Shown here piece after piece: positions 24,384 to 35,465 of a stretch of DNA of 64,000 nucleotides (position 1 is the stretch's first letter; the number at the start of each line of letters is the position of its first letter). Under the pieces are notes generated by a model. It was not told where the DNA came from. It did not search any database and worked only from the letters and a program-made list of their open reading frames with translations. A program made the translations under genes and the position numbers. The DNA comes from Daphnia carinata (taxonomy: Eukaryota). The DNA is taken from assembly GCF_022539665.2 (NCBI RefSeq), contig NC_081331.1:8370001-8434000 (forward strand), read 5' to 3'.

Positions 24384-24709
24384 CAAGTGTACCAGGTTGG
24401 CTCCGGGAAAGGCGAGAGTACAAGTCTCTGCTTGCTCCGTTTGACTTTTTGTAGCTTAACAAGCAACCGAAATAATAAAAATGTAATGTTGAAAAAGAGG
24501 TACGCTGTTACGTGACACGCTGCGTACTAATTTCAAAAAATTATATATTTTAATGTACAGCTTTTACGAGCTACTTGGGTGCCCAGAGGCTACTCAGTCA
24601 ATAACAACTTGGAACGTCAAAGTGCACAACAAATTTCAAATAGAACTGTTTTTCATACTTAGATCTAGGTTCAGGCATTGGTGGAGGTGTAGGTAAATGA
24701 TCACGGTTA

Positions 24710-26049
24710 AGGTGCGTCTACACTAGAAGTTTTTACGGAAAAGTTACGGTCATACAGACATACAGAATCGATACAGGCATACGGAAAGCTTATTCCGTGC
24801 AATCTACACTAGCGATTTTCCGTAACTGTATTCCTGTATTCCTGTAATTCTGTAAGAAAAAAAGTTTGAAATGTTTCAAACTTTTTCCGTAAGCGAGAGC
24901 TTCCGTAAGCTGAAAATAAGGGCTGACCAATCAGAATGAAGTATATATTTTTAAATACTTTTTATTAGTACAACAACACATAACTGCAACATTGTTTCTT
25001 GATGTTCGTATCCCATAGTTTTCGTGTGTATTTAAAAATTTAAATTTGAAAAATAAACGATATCAAAAACATGGGGCGTAAACTATCTCCAAACAAGAAG
25101 AAATCTCCAAAGAAAATAACAGAAAGGTAAATAATTGAATTGTATTGGTTGCTTTTGCTCAGTTTTTGTAAAATTTTAATATTTTTTAGACTGAAACTAG
25201 AAACACAAGACATCGAGAGGTTCATTTTGTGTATAAAAAATCATCCTGTATTGTATGACACAGCATTGCATGATTACAAGAACGGACAAGTTCAAGCACA
25301 AGCCAGGGCAACAATTGCAGCCCAATTTTATTGCAGTAAAAGCACCATTACAATAATGCATATCAAACTTTAATCGTGGTCCTTTTTTGTTGCATTAGAA
25401 AGCTGTAGGGCTCATTCTAGTCCAGTTGTGAAACTGTTTTACATCACGGAGAGCAGCAGGTTGTAATAAAGTATGATACCATGAATGGGTATCCCGGTTT
25501 TCTTGCGTATTGTGTAGACGAGTCCACCTACGACCTTCATGAATTTTTTTAAATCAATTATGAAATTTCAAGTTTGAATATTATGAAACGTATATGACAG
25601 ATTACCAAGAGGATGTTTCCTTCGATATTGACGTTCCTTCATCATTTTTCTTATCTTCCACATAAGTGATAACATCAAAACAATTTCTGTGGTTTCAATA
25701 AGCTGGTCTAAACTAAGATCCATGGCTTAAAATAAAAAAAAATACACAGTTAAGCGAATACTTCAGGAAGAACGAAACTTCGAGACTTTTTTCATCAACA
25801 CTTGAAACAGACAGATTAGAGTTGACACTTGTTTGTTTTGACAACAAAGTTCGCCTAGCGGGATGTGCAGGAACTACCAAAAGGTTGCTCCGCCTTCTAT
25901 AACGCCCATTTTCCGTATGATGTCTATAAACCTATGTGCAGTATAGATTGCGCTACGGAAAAACTGAAATAGCGTGACAGCAAGACTGTATGCCTTTATG
26001 CCCGTATGCCTGTAACTTGTCTGTAAAAATTGCCAGTATCGACGCACCT
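24710..26049. mobile_element. Internally deleted PIF/Harbinger transposon
   Basis: ~45-bp imperfect TIRs AGGTGCGTCTACACTAG.../...CCAGTATCGACGCACCT; 3-bp TSD TTA (24707-24709, 26050-26052). MADF-like fragment on + (FILCIKNHPVLYDTALHDYKN, ~25200-25330); Harbinger transposase N-terminal-like fragment on - (DVKQFHNWTRMSPTAF, ~25396-25535). Confidence 0.85.
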
Positions 26050-26813
26050 TTAGAGAGAACTTCTTCAACAGCAATTTCGTCGATAACGAAATAGAGAACA
26101 TTCTCAAGTTCGCGCAGGTTGATTGGAACAGCACATGCGAAGACTAAAAGACTCAGGAAAACGCTCAGCCTGCCGTACTGAATCGAGCAAAAGAACGCTT
26201 AGTAAAAGTGTTTTACGTACGTTCATTCAAACAAACTAATAATACAATAGAGTTGACCTACAAGTATGCAATACGTGATGGATACAAGACCTACCATTTT
26301 GCTTAATGTTTAACACAAAGTTCGATTTCACGGTAGTGGTGACGCTGGAAGATTCTGTTTTTCCTACTGACTGTCCTCCGTTTTATATACAGATTTTGAT
26401 TCAAAAGAAGTGACGCACAGACCGAGAGCCACTGATAGAAAAGAGTGCGTACAAAACCATGTTAGTGTGTGCAGTCACCTTTATGAAACGTGTAGCGCTA
26501 CTAACGAGCGAAAGCCGGTGATGCATCAAAACATTGCATGGAATAAGGCAACACCTGTGTGAGGTGTGCGATCCAGCTCCGGGATGAAATGCGGCATACG
26601 AATACAGCCTGTGTAATATGAAATCTTTGCAATAGATACATGAACTCATTTGGTAGGTGGTTGTGCTACATACCGTCGAGTTCAACGTCCAAATATTGTA
26701 ATGACCACGTAAAACCTGGCTCAATGTTCTGGTCGACTTGGGTACTTGCGTGCGTTGCATTGACGCACGTGCTAGGGGCACAATGTTTCAGCTGCGCCAT
26801 GGACGCATGAACC

Positions 26814-27061
26814 TGTTGCGGAAAAGACGTTGAACGAAACACAAAACAACGAACACTTTTAAATTCCTGTATTTTAGGCCTTGCCTAACGACGTTCGTTT
26901 CGCAAAACGTCTCGTCACACTCTGCTAACTCGTCACATTTCGACTCCAAAACCAGGAGGTAAAACAGGGGGTTAGGAATACATGGATGCCAACTAGCCCA
27001 CGGCTAGCAGGAAGAAAAAACGCTCCAGGGCTAAACGTTAGCATTTCGTCATTTCGCAACA
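26814..27061 (-). repeat. Gypsy 3' LTR (248 bp)
   Basis: Direct repeat of 37032-37271; I count 3 substitutions and one 8-bp duplication. Confidence 0.95.
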
Positions 27062-27301
27062 TTCGGCCCTTCCTGACAAAAAAAAAGATCTCCTGATCTA
27101 ACAATAAACAGAGGAATTTGGGGAAAAGAAGAAAAACAAGTACGGAGACGAAAGAGACTGCATAGGCCTACATGTCAACCATATTAAATTAAACTTGGTC
27201 GTCTGAGTTTTAAAATTCGAACACAAACAGGGAGAGAACACAAAACTAACAGATACATCGAATTTAATCGGGCGAACGAGTATACTAAGAGATATCAAAA
27301 A

Positions 27302-28690
27302 TTAGCGACGGAATCCGGCAACAAATCGGTTTGGTTGACGAGACAGTCTTCCTGATCTTGTGGTGACTGAAGACGTTCTAACTGGAACGTTCTCTTCGTC
27401 CTCTTCGTCGTTGGCCGTCGAGTCCGTTCCCAGGTCGTCTTCGTTTCCGATTCTGTCGACGTCCGTGGCGTCTTCTGCAGATTCCGGCTGTTCACTACGG
27501 CCAGGACAATCTTCGTCAGTCTCTTCGTCCGGTAGCCAATCTACTTCACGTCGCGGGAAGTAACGTCGTAATTGAGAAACGTGGACGTTAAAGCGGCGCC
27601 AGATCCTTTTTCTTCTATGGGCAGGAAGGTCTTCTACCTTGTAGCAAGTTGCTGACACTCGCCTGCAGATTTGATAGGGTCCGACGAATTTGGCCAAAAA
27701 CTTCTTTGTCCTTCCACTACACCGGGGCTTACGTTCCACGAGCACTAAGTCACCCAGTTCGAAAAGAGGGCTGGGTTTCCTGCGGCTGTCGTAGGTGTGT
27801 TGGCTCTTCCGTTGTCTCTTGAAGGTTAGGTGACGCGCGCATTTTCTCCATTTTGTAACCTTCTTTCGGCGTTCTTCGTGAGTTTCGGAATCGTTGGGTG
27901 GCCATGGAAAGTTGGCTTCGTGTGGGAGAACCGCTGACCGGCCGTATACCAGTTCGAAGGGAGTAATTTGCGTTGTTGACTGTTTCGCGGTATTGATGGA
28001 GAACGCCGCTTTCTGTAGCCCCTTGTCCCAGTCGTCATGTTCGAAGTTCACGAATGCTGCTAGCGTAGCGGTTAGGGTTCTGTTTGCCTTTTCCACCAAT
28101 CCATTGGTTTCGGGATGTTCGGCTGAAGCTAAAATGTGATGCACTCGCCATTCGTGGAAGAAGTCTGCGAAGGCCGCCGAAGAGAAAGCGGGACCTCTAT
28201 CGCTGATGAACCTTCGTGGAGGTCCGTGCTGGAGGAAAACGTTGTTTTTTAGAAAAGCGACTGCCGCTTCGGTGCCGGTGTCTTTCACTGCTTTTACTTC
28301 GATCCATCGGGTCAAGTAGTCGATACACACTATCACATGGTAGTTCCCATTTGCTGTCTTCTGAAAGGGACCTAGATGGTCTGCTGCTACCATTTCGAAC
28401 ACTTCTTTAGGTGTAGGAATAGGACATAGTTTTCCGACTGGATATCCTACCCGAGATTTGAAAGGTTGACAGAACTCACAGGTACTCACATATGCCTCTA
28501 CGCTTTTCTTCATGTTCTTCCACCAGAATCGTTGGGATAGTTTAGCCAAGGTTTTCTCTAAACCGTGGTGGCCACCGATCGGTGTATCGTGACATGCAAA
28601 CAGAAGATCCCGACGGATGATTGAAGGCACCACTAGGAGACGTTGGCAACCTGGCTTGACATTCTTCTTGTACAGTACTCCTTCGTACAA
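27302..28690 (-). CDS. Gypsy integrase (HHCC, DDE, GPY/F), pol fragment
   Basis: HDTPIGGH..CEFC; AADHLGP; SDRG; NGLVE; FVGPYQI. Confidence 0.9.
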   Translation of the reverse strand: MYEGVLYKKNVKPGCQRLLVVPSIIRRDLLFACHDTPIGGHHGLEKTLAKLSQRFWWKNMKKSVEAYVSTCEFCQPFKSRVGYPVGKLCPIPTPKEVFEMVAADHLGPFQKTANGNYHVIVCIDYLTRWIEVKAVKDTGTEAAVAFLKNNVFLQHGPPRRFISDRGPAFSSAAFADFFHEWRVHHILASAEHPETNGLVEKANRTLTATLAAFVNFEHDDWDKGLQKAAFSINTAKQSTTQITPFELVYGRSAVLPHEANFPWPPNDSETHEERRKKVTKWRKCARHLTFKRQRKSQHTYDSRRKPSPLFELGDLVLVERKPRCSGRTKKFLAKFVGPYQICRRVSATCYKVEDLPAHRRKRIWRRFNVHVSQLRRYFPRREVDWLPDEETDEDCPGRSEQPESAEDATDVDRIGNEDDLGTDSTANDEEDEENVPVRTSSVTTRSGRLSRQPNRFVAGFRR

Positions 28691-30068
28691 AACGAAACCG
28701 TTATTTTCCCTTGGGGGCCGTATTTATCACCGTACCCCTGAAGGCAGAGAACAAACTTCCTTATGTCTCGGTCGGCGTGTTGTAGGAGAGCCAGTTGTCG
28801 AGGGGAGTATTCTGCCACTTGGGCTCCGCATAATATTCGGTCGGCCGGATCGGTTAGTTCTTCGACGCCAACGGGGGCCCGAGATAAGGCATCAGCTACA
28901 ACGTTAGAAGTCCCACTGAGATGTTGGATGTTAATAGAGTATTCTTGAAGAGTGATGATCCATCGGGCTAACCGGCCATTCAGATCTTTCTTTTGCGACA
29001 ACCACCGCAATACTGAGCTGTCCGTTTTTACCGTGAGCGGCCGTCCGTAGACGTGATGTCGTAGTTTGTTCAACGACCAAACGAGAGCTAGGCACTCCAG
29101 TTCGTTACTATGATACTTTTCTTCAGCTGGTGTGAGGCGCCGACTGATGAACGTTACCGGTTGTAGACCCTTTTCTCCGACCAACATTAATACGGATCCA
29201 ATCCCCTTGATGCTAGCGTCCGTGTATAATTCTATCTTCGATACCCCGTCGTCGCTCACCAGGACGGGCGCGGAGGTCAGTTTTGCCTTTAGTTCCATCA
29301 TAGCTACTTCGTAACTCTGAGTCCAGTCTCGCTCAACGTCGGCTCCTTTCTTCAGAAGATTGTGGAGAGGCCGGGCGATGGCTGCAAAATCTCGGATAAA
29401 GCGACGATAAAAAGAGGCCATCCCTAAGAATGCCCTCAACTGGGTCAAGTTTTTAGGCCGGGGAAAATCGCACACTGCTTCTACTTTCGCCAAATCGGGA
29501 GAGATACCTCGTCTATCGATACGGTGCCCTAAATACACCACGTTGGACGTACCAAATGTACATTTGCGTGCGTTTAACGTTAAGCCGGCGTTTTCGATGG
29601 CTAGTAGGACTCGGTGGAGCCGATCGTTGTGTTCTTTTAAGTAGCTCCCAAAAACAAGGATGTCGTCCATATAAACGAGACACTCCGTCCATTTTAGTTC
29701 GTCTAGTACGCGATCCATAAGACGTTGGAACGTGGGCGGTGCGCCGCACAACCCGAAAGGAAGTCGTAGAAACTCGAACGGCCCGTCTGGGGTAACGAAT
29801 GCCGTTTTTCTTGGTGTTCTTTAGTCATTGGGACCTGCCAAAACCCACTCTCGAGGTCTAGACTAGTGAAAAATTGAGCTCCGCTAAGGCGATGCAACAC
29901 ATCTTCTATCCTAGGAAGTGGGTAAACGTCTTTGATGGTCAGGGCGTTGAGGCGACGATAATCCACACAAAATCGAATTTCCCCATTCTTCTTTTTCACC
30001 AGAACGACCGAGGAGCTCCATGGGCTATGTGATAAAGTGACGACCCCATCTTCACGCATCTTCTGCAC
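28633..30068 (-). pseudogene. Gypsy reverse transcriptase + RNase H, frameshifted
   Basis: RFCVDYRRLN, LDLESGFWQ (29703-30068), then YMDD, YTDAS, ADALSR (28633-29751) in another frame. Confidence 0.9.
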
Positions 30069-30089
30069 TTGGTTTTGAATAATTTTCCT

Positions 30090-31022
30090 TTAGACTTCAC
30101 TCACCCGGTATGGTGACGAATGAACGAGTTTCGCTGTGCCGGTTTCTATACGATGTTCTATTAGCTTCGTCAGTCCCTTTTTCGGTAAGAAGCATCGCCA
30201 GTGACTTCTGATTACCTCCATCAGCTCTTTCCTTTCCTCTTCGGTTAAATCGGGGTTGATGTTTACTTCAGCCTCGTTGAGCACCAACTCTTCGCCGTCT
30301 TTAGAACTGCCCTCCGATTGTAGCGACCCAACTACCGGAGCCGGTACATCGCGTTTTCCAGGAGCCACTGCCTCCACGAATTGTACGCTCGACGCCGAAA
30401 TGCTCTTCTTTTTCTTCAACTTGACGCTGCAATTTCCTTCTGTTGGAGCTTCCTCTGCAACCAGTTCCTCTTCTACTAGGGCTCCCATAACCATAAATTC
30501 GTCGACCGCCTCTCTGTATCCACTTTTGGTCGCGTTAGGAATCGATTTTGATTCGTTTTCCCCGTAATCAGCCCGATTAGCACCCGGTGTTTGACGAGTT
30601 CCTTCCGATATAGGTGCCACCGACTCGCCTAACTTCTGTCCAATCTCCTCACTCGCCGCGCCATTGCCGCTAAAATTTTCCGTTAACTTCTGATCGTTCG
30701 TAACTTTTACCATAGCCACGCCATCCTTAACACGAATGACCGCTTCGGCTTTCTCGATCCAATCCATCCCCAAAACCATCGGAAAAATTGCGTTTTCCAT
30801 CACCAACACCTGTCCCAATTCAGTAACTGCATTGTCAAAACGCACCATGAGGTTAGTTTCTCCAGTCAGTGGGAGGACCTGATACTCTAGCGTTCGCCAA
30901 GTGTTGGAAGGCTCTCTAACTCGGAAGCTCGACCGTCCGCGAATAAGATCGGCCAGAATGACGCTGTTCTTCGCTCCCGAATCGACCATGGCTTTCAACG
31001 GACCAACCCAGAAAACATCCAC
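30090..31022 (-). CDS. Gypsy aspartic protease fragment
   Basis: AMVDSGA and VLGMDW motifs. Confidence 0.85.
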   Translation of the reverse strand: MDVFWVGPLKAMVDSGAKNSVILADLIRGRSSFRVREPSNTWRTLEYQVLPLTGETNLMVRFDNAVTELGQVLVMENAIFPMVLGMDWIEKAEAVIRVKDGVAMVKVTNDQKLTENFSGNGAASEEIGQKLGESVAPISEGTRQTPGANRADYGENESKSIPNATKSGYREAVDEFMVMGALVEEELVAEEAPTEGNCSVKLKKKKSISASSVQFVEAVAPGKRDVPAPVVGSLQSEGSSKDGEELVLNEAEVNINPDLTEEERKELMEVIRSHWRCFLPKKGLTKLIEHRIETGTAKLVHSSPYRVSEV

Positions 31023-31023
31023 T

Positions 31024-32313
31024 TCAATAACGGGACTCCCACTCGATGGTTTTATTACGGGGGCTTGAATGAAATTTACCGCCGACCTTGCCCCGAGGGG
31101 TCGGCTGATGCGTTTCCCGACGTCGAGGTGGGCCAGCGCGGATTAGGAGGAGGACAATCACTGAGATGTGGCCAAAGCCCGAGCAATTGTAGCACTGTAC
31201 TTCGTTCCTCGTGCCCAGAGGGCGACGTTCGAATGTTACTTGCTTGGATGCTGGCTTTTCAGGTACAGGCGACGTAGATCGAGTCGATTTACGGTTTAGG
31301 AAAGCTACCTGGCTAGTCAGGGCTTCAACGGCCTGGAACAGCGAGTTGTTGGTTTCCTGGTTCCCTGTGGTTCTCTCGGTTCTCAGTGATGCGCTAGGGG
31401 AGTGGGTGACTGGCTCGCAAATAATTTCTAAGCGACGAACTTCAGTAAGGAACGCGTTAACTGAAGCGGGTGGGTTCGCCATCATGACCGAACGCATTTC
31501 AGCCCGGTGTAGTCCTCGAATTAGGTATGGGATCAACTCGGCATCGGTAAGAGGTGTAGCTCGTCGACGGCACAACTTCACTTTGTCGAGTGCATAGGCG
31601 GATCCGGAGTCGTTCGGCAGTTGTTTTCTCCCTTCCACCAGTACTTGCCACTGGCCTTCCGTTAGTTGTACTTCAAAGGCCCCTCGTATACCGTTAATCC
31701 AGTCGTTCCACTGAAGGACGTTTGTTCCAATTTCTTCGTGCCACGTAAGCGCCATCCCAAACAGCGAACTTATGGCGGCTCTTCGTTTATCTACGTCTCC
31801 CCAGTTTTCCGCCAGAGCCTTCCGATTAACCAGCTGCAACCAATCCTGGAGTATCTCGTCTGTTGATCCTGAATACTTCACGTCACCTTCGAGCGTTATA
31901 CGGACAACGGCGGCTGGAGCTGGGATTGGGGGTTGAGGGTCGGGTGGAGCCGCAGCTGGAACGGCTAATAGCCGGTTGGTTAGGGCCGTTAGCAATTCTT
32001 GTTGTTGTTGCTGCATCTGCTGTTGTTGTTGTATCTGCTGTTGTTGTTGTATCTGCTGTTGTTGAAGCTGGAACTGCTGTTGTTGTTGCTGTTGATTGGC
32101 CGTTAGTGCGGCCAGAGCGGCGTTCAGGACATTCGGATCCATGTCGGTTAGTTCGACTCTCAATGTTTCTTCGGCGTCGAGGAATTCCTCAAGCTTTCTA
32201 TTAAAGCAACGTTCAGGGAAGCACAAACAGTTTTCGTCACACTGTTGATGCCCCTTTGCGCACACACACCTTGTACAAAACCCTATTCCGCAGCGGCAGC
32301 GAGACCGACTCAT
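31024..32313 (-). CDS. Gypsy gag with N-terminal Cys-rich motif, polyQ and frameshifted CCHC knuckle
   Basis: YSGSTDE..DWL capsid-like region; CYNCSGFGHIS followed by an apparent 1-bp deletion; CAA/CAG tract ~31996-32097. Confidence 0.8.
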   Translation of the reverse strand: MSRSRCRCGIGFCTRCVCAKGHQQCDENCLCFPERCFNRKLEEFLDAEETLRVELTDMDPNVLNAALAALTANQQQQQQQFQLQQQQIQQQQQIQQQQQMQQQQQELLTALTNRLLAVPAAAPPDPQPPIPAPAAVVRITLEGDVKYSGSTDEILQDWLQLVNRKALAENWGDVDKRRAAISSLFGMALTWHEEIGTNVLQWNDWINGIRGAFEVQLTEGQWQVLVEGRKQLPNDSGSAYALDKVKLCRRRATPLTDAELIPYLIRGLHRAEMRSVMMANPPASVNAFLTEVRRLEIICEPVTHSPSASLRTERTTGNQETNNSLFQAVEALTSQVAFLNRKSTRSTSPVPEKPASKQVTFERRPLGTRNEVQCYNCSGFGHISVIVLLLIRAGPPRRRETHQPTPRGKVGGKFHSSPRNKTIEWESRY

Positions 32314-33310
32314 TCGCACCCCGACAAGCCTGACCAAAATGTCGTATGTTCAAAAGAGTTTTTTTTGTTTGTTTTTTTTTCGTTCGTTTGGTTGTTTCCG
32401 CAAAACCAGCGATCACTTAGGTATCGGATGGCGGAGATTTGAGGCGATACGATTCAAGACACTACGCAAAGCAAGGTATACCTCCCTACGACAATGTCGC
32501 GCGACTAAAACGAGGGAAAACCGCGTGCTCTCCACGTTACGCTAATCGATTGCGCAGCAAACCAGATGAAACGGGTATAACGAACCCGCGGCGAATTTTA
32601 CGACTGATTCCGATTTCTACGTTGACTTTCGACGGAGAACTTTCAAGACTGTAAAAAAAAGGAAGAGGAGGTGAAGAAAAGCGTCCCCATTGACCCTTTT
32701 CAACTTCAATTGGACGCAACGCGAACGTTGCGAAGCGGTAGACGACATTGCGTCTTGCCGAACTTATAAAGAGGAGCATCTTGAGGATAAAATCAGTGTG
32801 ACCAAGACCCTTTATCGGAAGAAGGTGAAGTGTCATAGTGTTAACTAAAGAATCTTGTGCGTTATTTGTGCGAACTATTAAATAGTCGTGTACTTTAACT
32901 AGGTGGATTAGAGTTGTTAAAACTAAAATAGAATAGTGTCGTAAGTGTTATCAATACTTCCCTTCGGGGCCCGTGGGTGATAGTGAGCGACTTGTGAGCG
33001 TTCACCCACGGTGACGGGAACTGGATGTTCGAATTGTGTTCTTCATCAATTGACATCACGGTGCCTGAGTCGTGGGTGTAAAGTCGACGGGATATTATTA
33101 TTGTTTTAAGTTTCTAGGCTTAATCCCTAAATCCTACAAGTAAGTAATCAAACCCCCCTTTTTTCACGAATGCTACTCATTGTGACCATAGAGCTGAGCA
33201 ATTCCCGATATTTTATACATGGTCCGTCGAGCCGGAGTAATCTATGAGAAGGTTCATGAGGGGAGGGGGTGAGAATCATTCCTATAAGATACTCTATTAG
33301 ACTGAGTAAG

Positions 33311-33526
33311 TCGGTTCCTAGAGTGGCGCGATGCCAATAGAAAGTTCTACGGAAAATTCTAGTTCGGCGGTTCCTAGAGTGGCGCGCTGCCAATAGAAAG
33401 CTCTACGGAAAATTCTAGTTCGGCGGTTCCTAGAGTGGCGCGATGCCGACAGAAGCTCTAAGGAAAATTCTAAAATTCGGTCGGTTCCTAGAGCGGCGCG
33501 ATGCCGGATAAAAGCTCTATGGAAAG
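33311..33526 (+). repeat. Four ~56-bp tandem repeats in the BEL leader
   Basis: Unit ~CGGTTCCTAGAGTGGCGCGATGCCAATAGAAAGCTCTACGGAAAATTCTAGTTCGG. Confidence 0.9.
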
Positions 33527-33831
33527 ATTATACTTTCGCTAATTTAACGGGGAAATTAGTAAGCCGCGTTCAAGACGACGGTCCTATGGCGTACGACCTA
33601 CGTTCCATTTTTAACAGTTAAAAAAAAAAATAAAAAAATAAAAAAATAAAAAAAAACGTCACTGCGAAGTATCGACGAATTGAACGCATGTAGATCGTTA
33701 GGATTGTTCACACCCAAGGGGAACTTAGATTTAAAAAAAAAAATTGTTATTATCATTTTTTCATGCCTATACTTGATTGTTAAATTCTAATCTTAAATAA
33801 TTCTCATTTCAGCACATATACCCCAGTTAAA

Positions 33832-35373
33832 ATGGAGAAAACACTTCGGCTAATCGAAATTTATAGACTGAGGTTTCAGGAGGTTTTAAGGAGAATTAGC
33901 GAAGAAGTTGACAAACCCGAGGCCCCCGAACTTAATGGGGTAGGGGAAGACCTCGCCTCAAAATGGAATGCTCTCCGCTCTCTTTACGAATCCGCGATCG
34001 ATGACTCCGAGACTGACGAACTAGAAGCTCGGGTTAATGCCATGGAGGATTGCCGAACACAATATCACAAAGCGAGGGGATTAATCGCTAAGACAAAAGA
34101 AAGTCGTCAGAGCGTCCCTCCTCCATCTGACCCATCTGAACCAGAACCAGTATCATCACACCATGTTTTTTCAGCAGTCATAGCGAAACTTACGGCAACC
34201 AAGATACCAACATTTGCCGGAGAAACATTAAAGTGGCCAGAGTTCTGGGGGCTTTATGAGCTCACGATTCATAATCTACCTGGACTTTCCTCGCTGGAAA
34301 AATTCGTAAGGTTAAAAGAAGCCTTAAAGGGAGAAGCATCAGCCGTCGTCGAGGGTTTACCTCTGACCAGCTCTAACTACTGTGCGGCTATTGAGCAGTT
34401 ACTATCTCACTATGGATCAACAGACGTAATCATTCAAGAGAATTTTAGACAGCTCCATAATTTACCAGTGGTGCCTCCGGGAAATCATAAGGCTTTAAAA
34501 CAGTTCTTGATGGAAGGAGAAGTGCGAATACGCAGCCTTGAAAGTTTAGGTGTTGCGTATGACGGTTATGCTCGACCTTTCGTATCTCATCTGGTGGACC
34601 GCTTACCCAGAAACCTACGCACCGCTTGGTACCGCTCCGCATCTGATCGGGATGATCAAGCCGATGTCAAGGATGTTTTGGCCTTCCTTCGTAAGGAAGT
34701 AATGAGCCAGGAGAGGAGCCAATCTTCTGAATCCTCCGTTCGAAAACGTACGAACACGTTGGAGACCTTTACTGGTTATGAAACTAAAAAGACTAGGTTG
34801 ATTCCTTCGGTAGCCTCGATGACCTCGATGACGAGAACCGGGTTTAAAGGGGATTCCCGGAACGAATGCGTCTTTTGTCGCCTACCCCATTCTCCACTCA
34901 AATGTCCCTTGCCTCTACAGAAAAAATTAGAAGCGGTAAAGCTTGGGAGGCTTTGTTACGCTTGTCTGCGAAAAGGACATCAAGTATCCAACTGCAAGAA
35001 CCCAAATCCTAATTGCAGGAGATGCAAGCGTCGTCATCACACCGCCCTGTGTCGAGACGATAAAGACCAGCCTAATCAAGACGTACGAAACAACCCAACA
35101 ACGTCCACCACCAAAACCTCGGCTAGCCTATGCACCACTCTTCCGCAAGGCGGAGATATCTTTCTAAAGACCGTTACGGTTTTTCTTTACGGGCCCAAAG
35201 GCAAAATGAAGGTCACTTGCCTTATCGACGAGGGGAGTCAACGATCCTATGTCACTGACCATGTCGCTGAAGAATTGGGACTGTCGTACAAGTTCAAACG
35301 CTTTCTATATGCTCATTTGGCTCTAAAAATATTGTTGAACCCACAGCTATTCGCTGTTTTTGCCTTGAAATAA
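33832..35373 (+). CDS. BEL/Pao gag (DUF1759-like, three Cys/His knuckles) + start of protease
   Basis: IPTFAGETLKWPEFW; CVFC..H, CYAC..GH..C, CRRC..HHTALC; LIDEGSQRSYV; frameshift near 35290. Confidence 0.9.
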   Translation: MEKTLRLIEIYRLRFQEVLRRISEEVDKPEAPELNGVGEDLASKWNALRSLYESAIDDSETDELEARVNAMEDCRTQYHKARGLIAKTKESRQSVPPPSDPSEPEPVSSHHVFSAVIAKLTATKIPTFAGETLKWPEFWGLYELTIHNLPGLSSLEKFVRLKEALKGEASAVVEGLPLTSSNYCAAIEQLLSHYGSTDVIIQENFRQLHNLPVVPPGNHKALKQFLMEGEVRIRSLESLGVAYDGYARPFVSHLVDRLPRNLRTAWYRSASDRDDQADVKDVLAFLRKEVMSQERSQSSESSVRKRTNTLETFTGYETKKTRLIPSVASMTSMTRTGFKGDSRNECVFCRLPHSPLKCPLPLQKKLEAVKLGRLCYACLRKGHQVSNCKNPNPNCRRCKRRHHTALCRDDKDQPNQDVRNNPTTSTTKTSASLCTTLPQGGDIFLKTVTVFLYGPKGKMKVTCLIDEGSQRSYVTDHVAEELGLSYKFKRFLYAHLALKILLNPQLFAVFALK

Positions 35374-35465
35374 GTGGTACTCGAGCCGAGAGTGAGCGTT
35401 TTGAACTGAATGCCCTAGCCCAACCGGCACTATGTCTGGATTTACCGGCACCAAAAATATATGCG

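Noticed and set aside
26401..26781. 126-aa ORF (also 46012-46392 and 56147-56527) and zinc-finger-like traces on the other strand
   Set aside because: No coherent motif or open frame; cannot assign.
32340..32649. TG at 32340 as the start of the BEL 5' LTR
   Set aside because: No matching TSD; AAGAC|TG at 32645-32651 matches the right flank, so this stretch is Gypsy leader.
33311..33526. CRISPR-like array
   Set aside because: Head-to-tail repeats without unique spacers, inside a retrotransposon, no cas genes.
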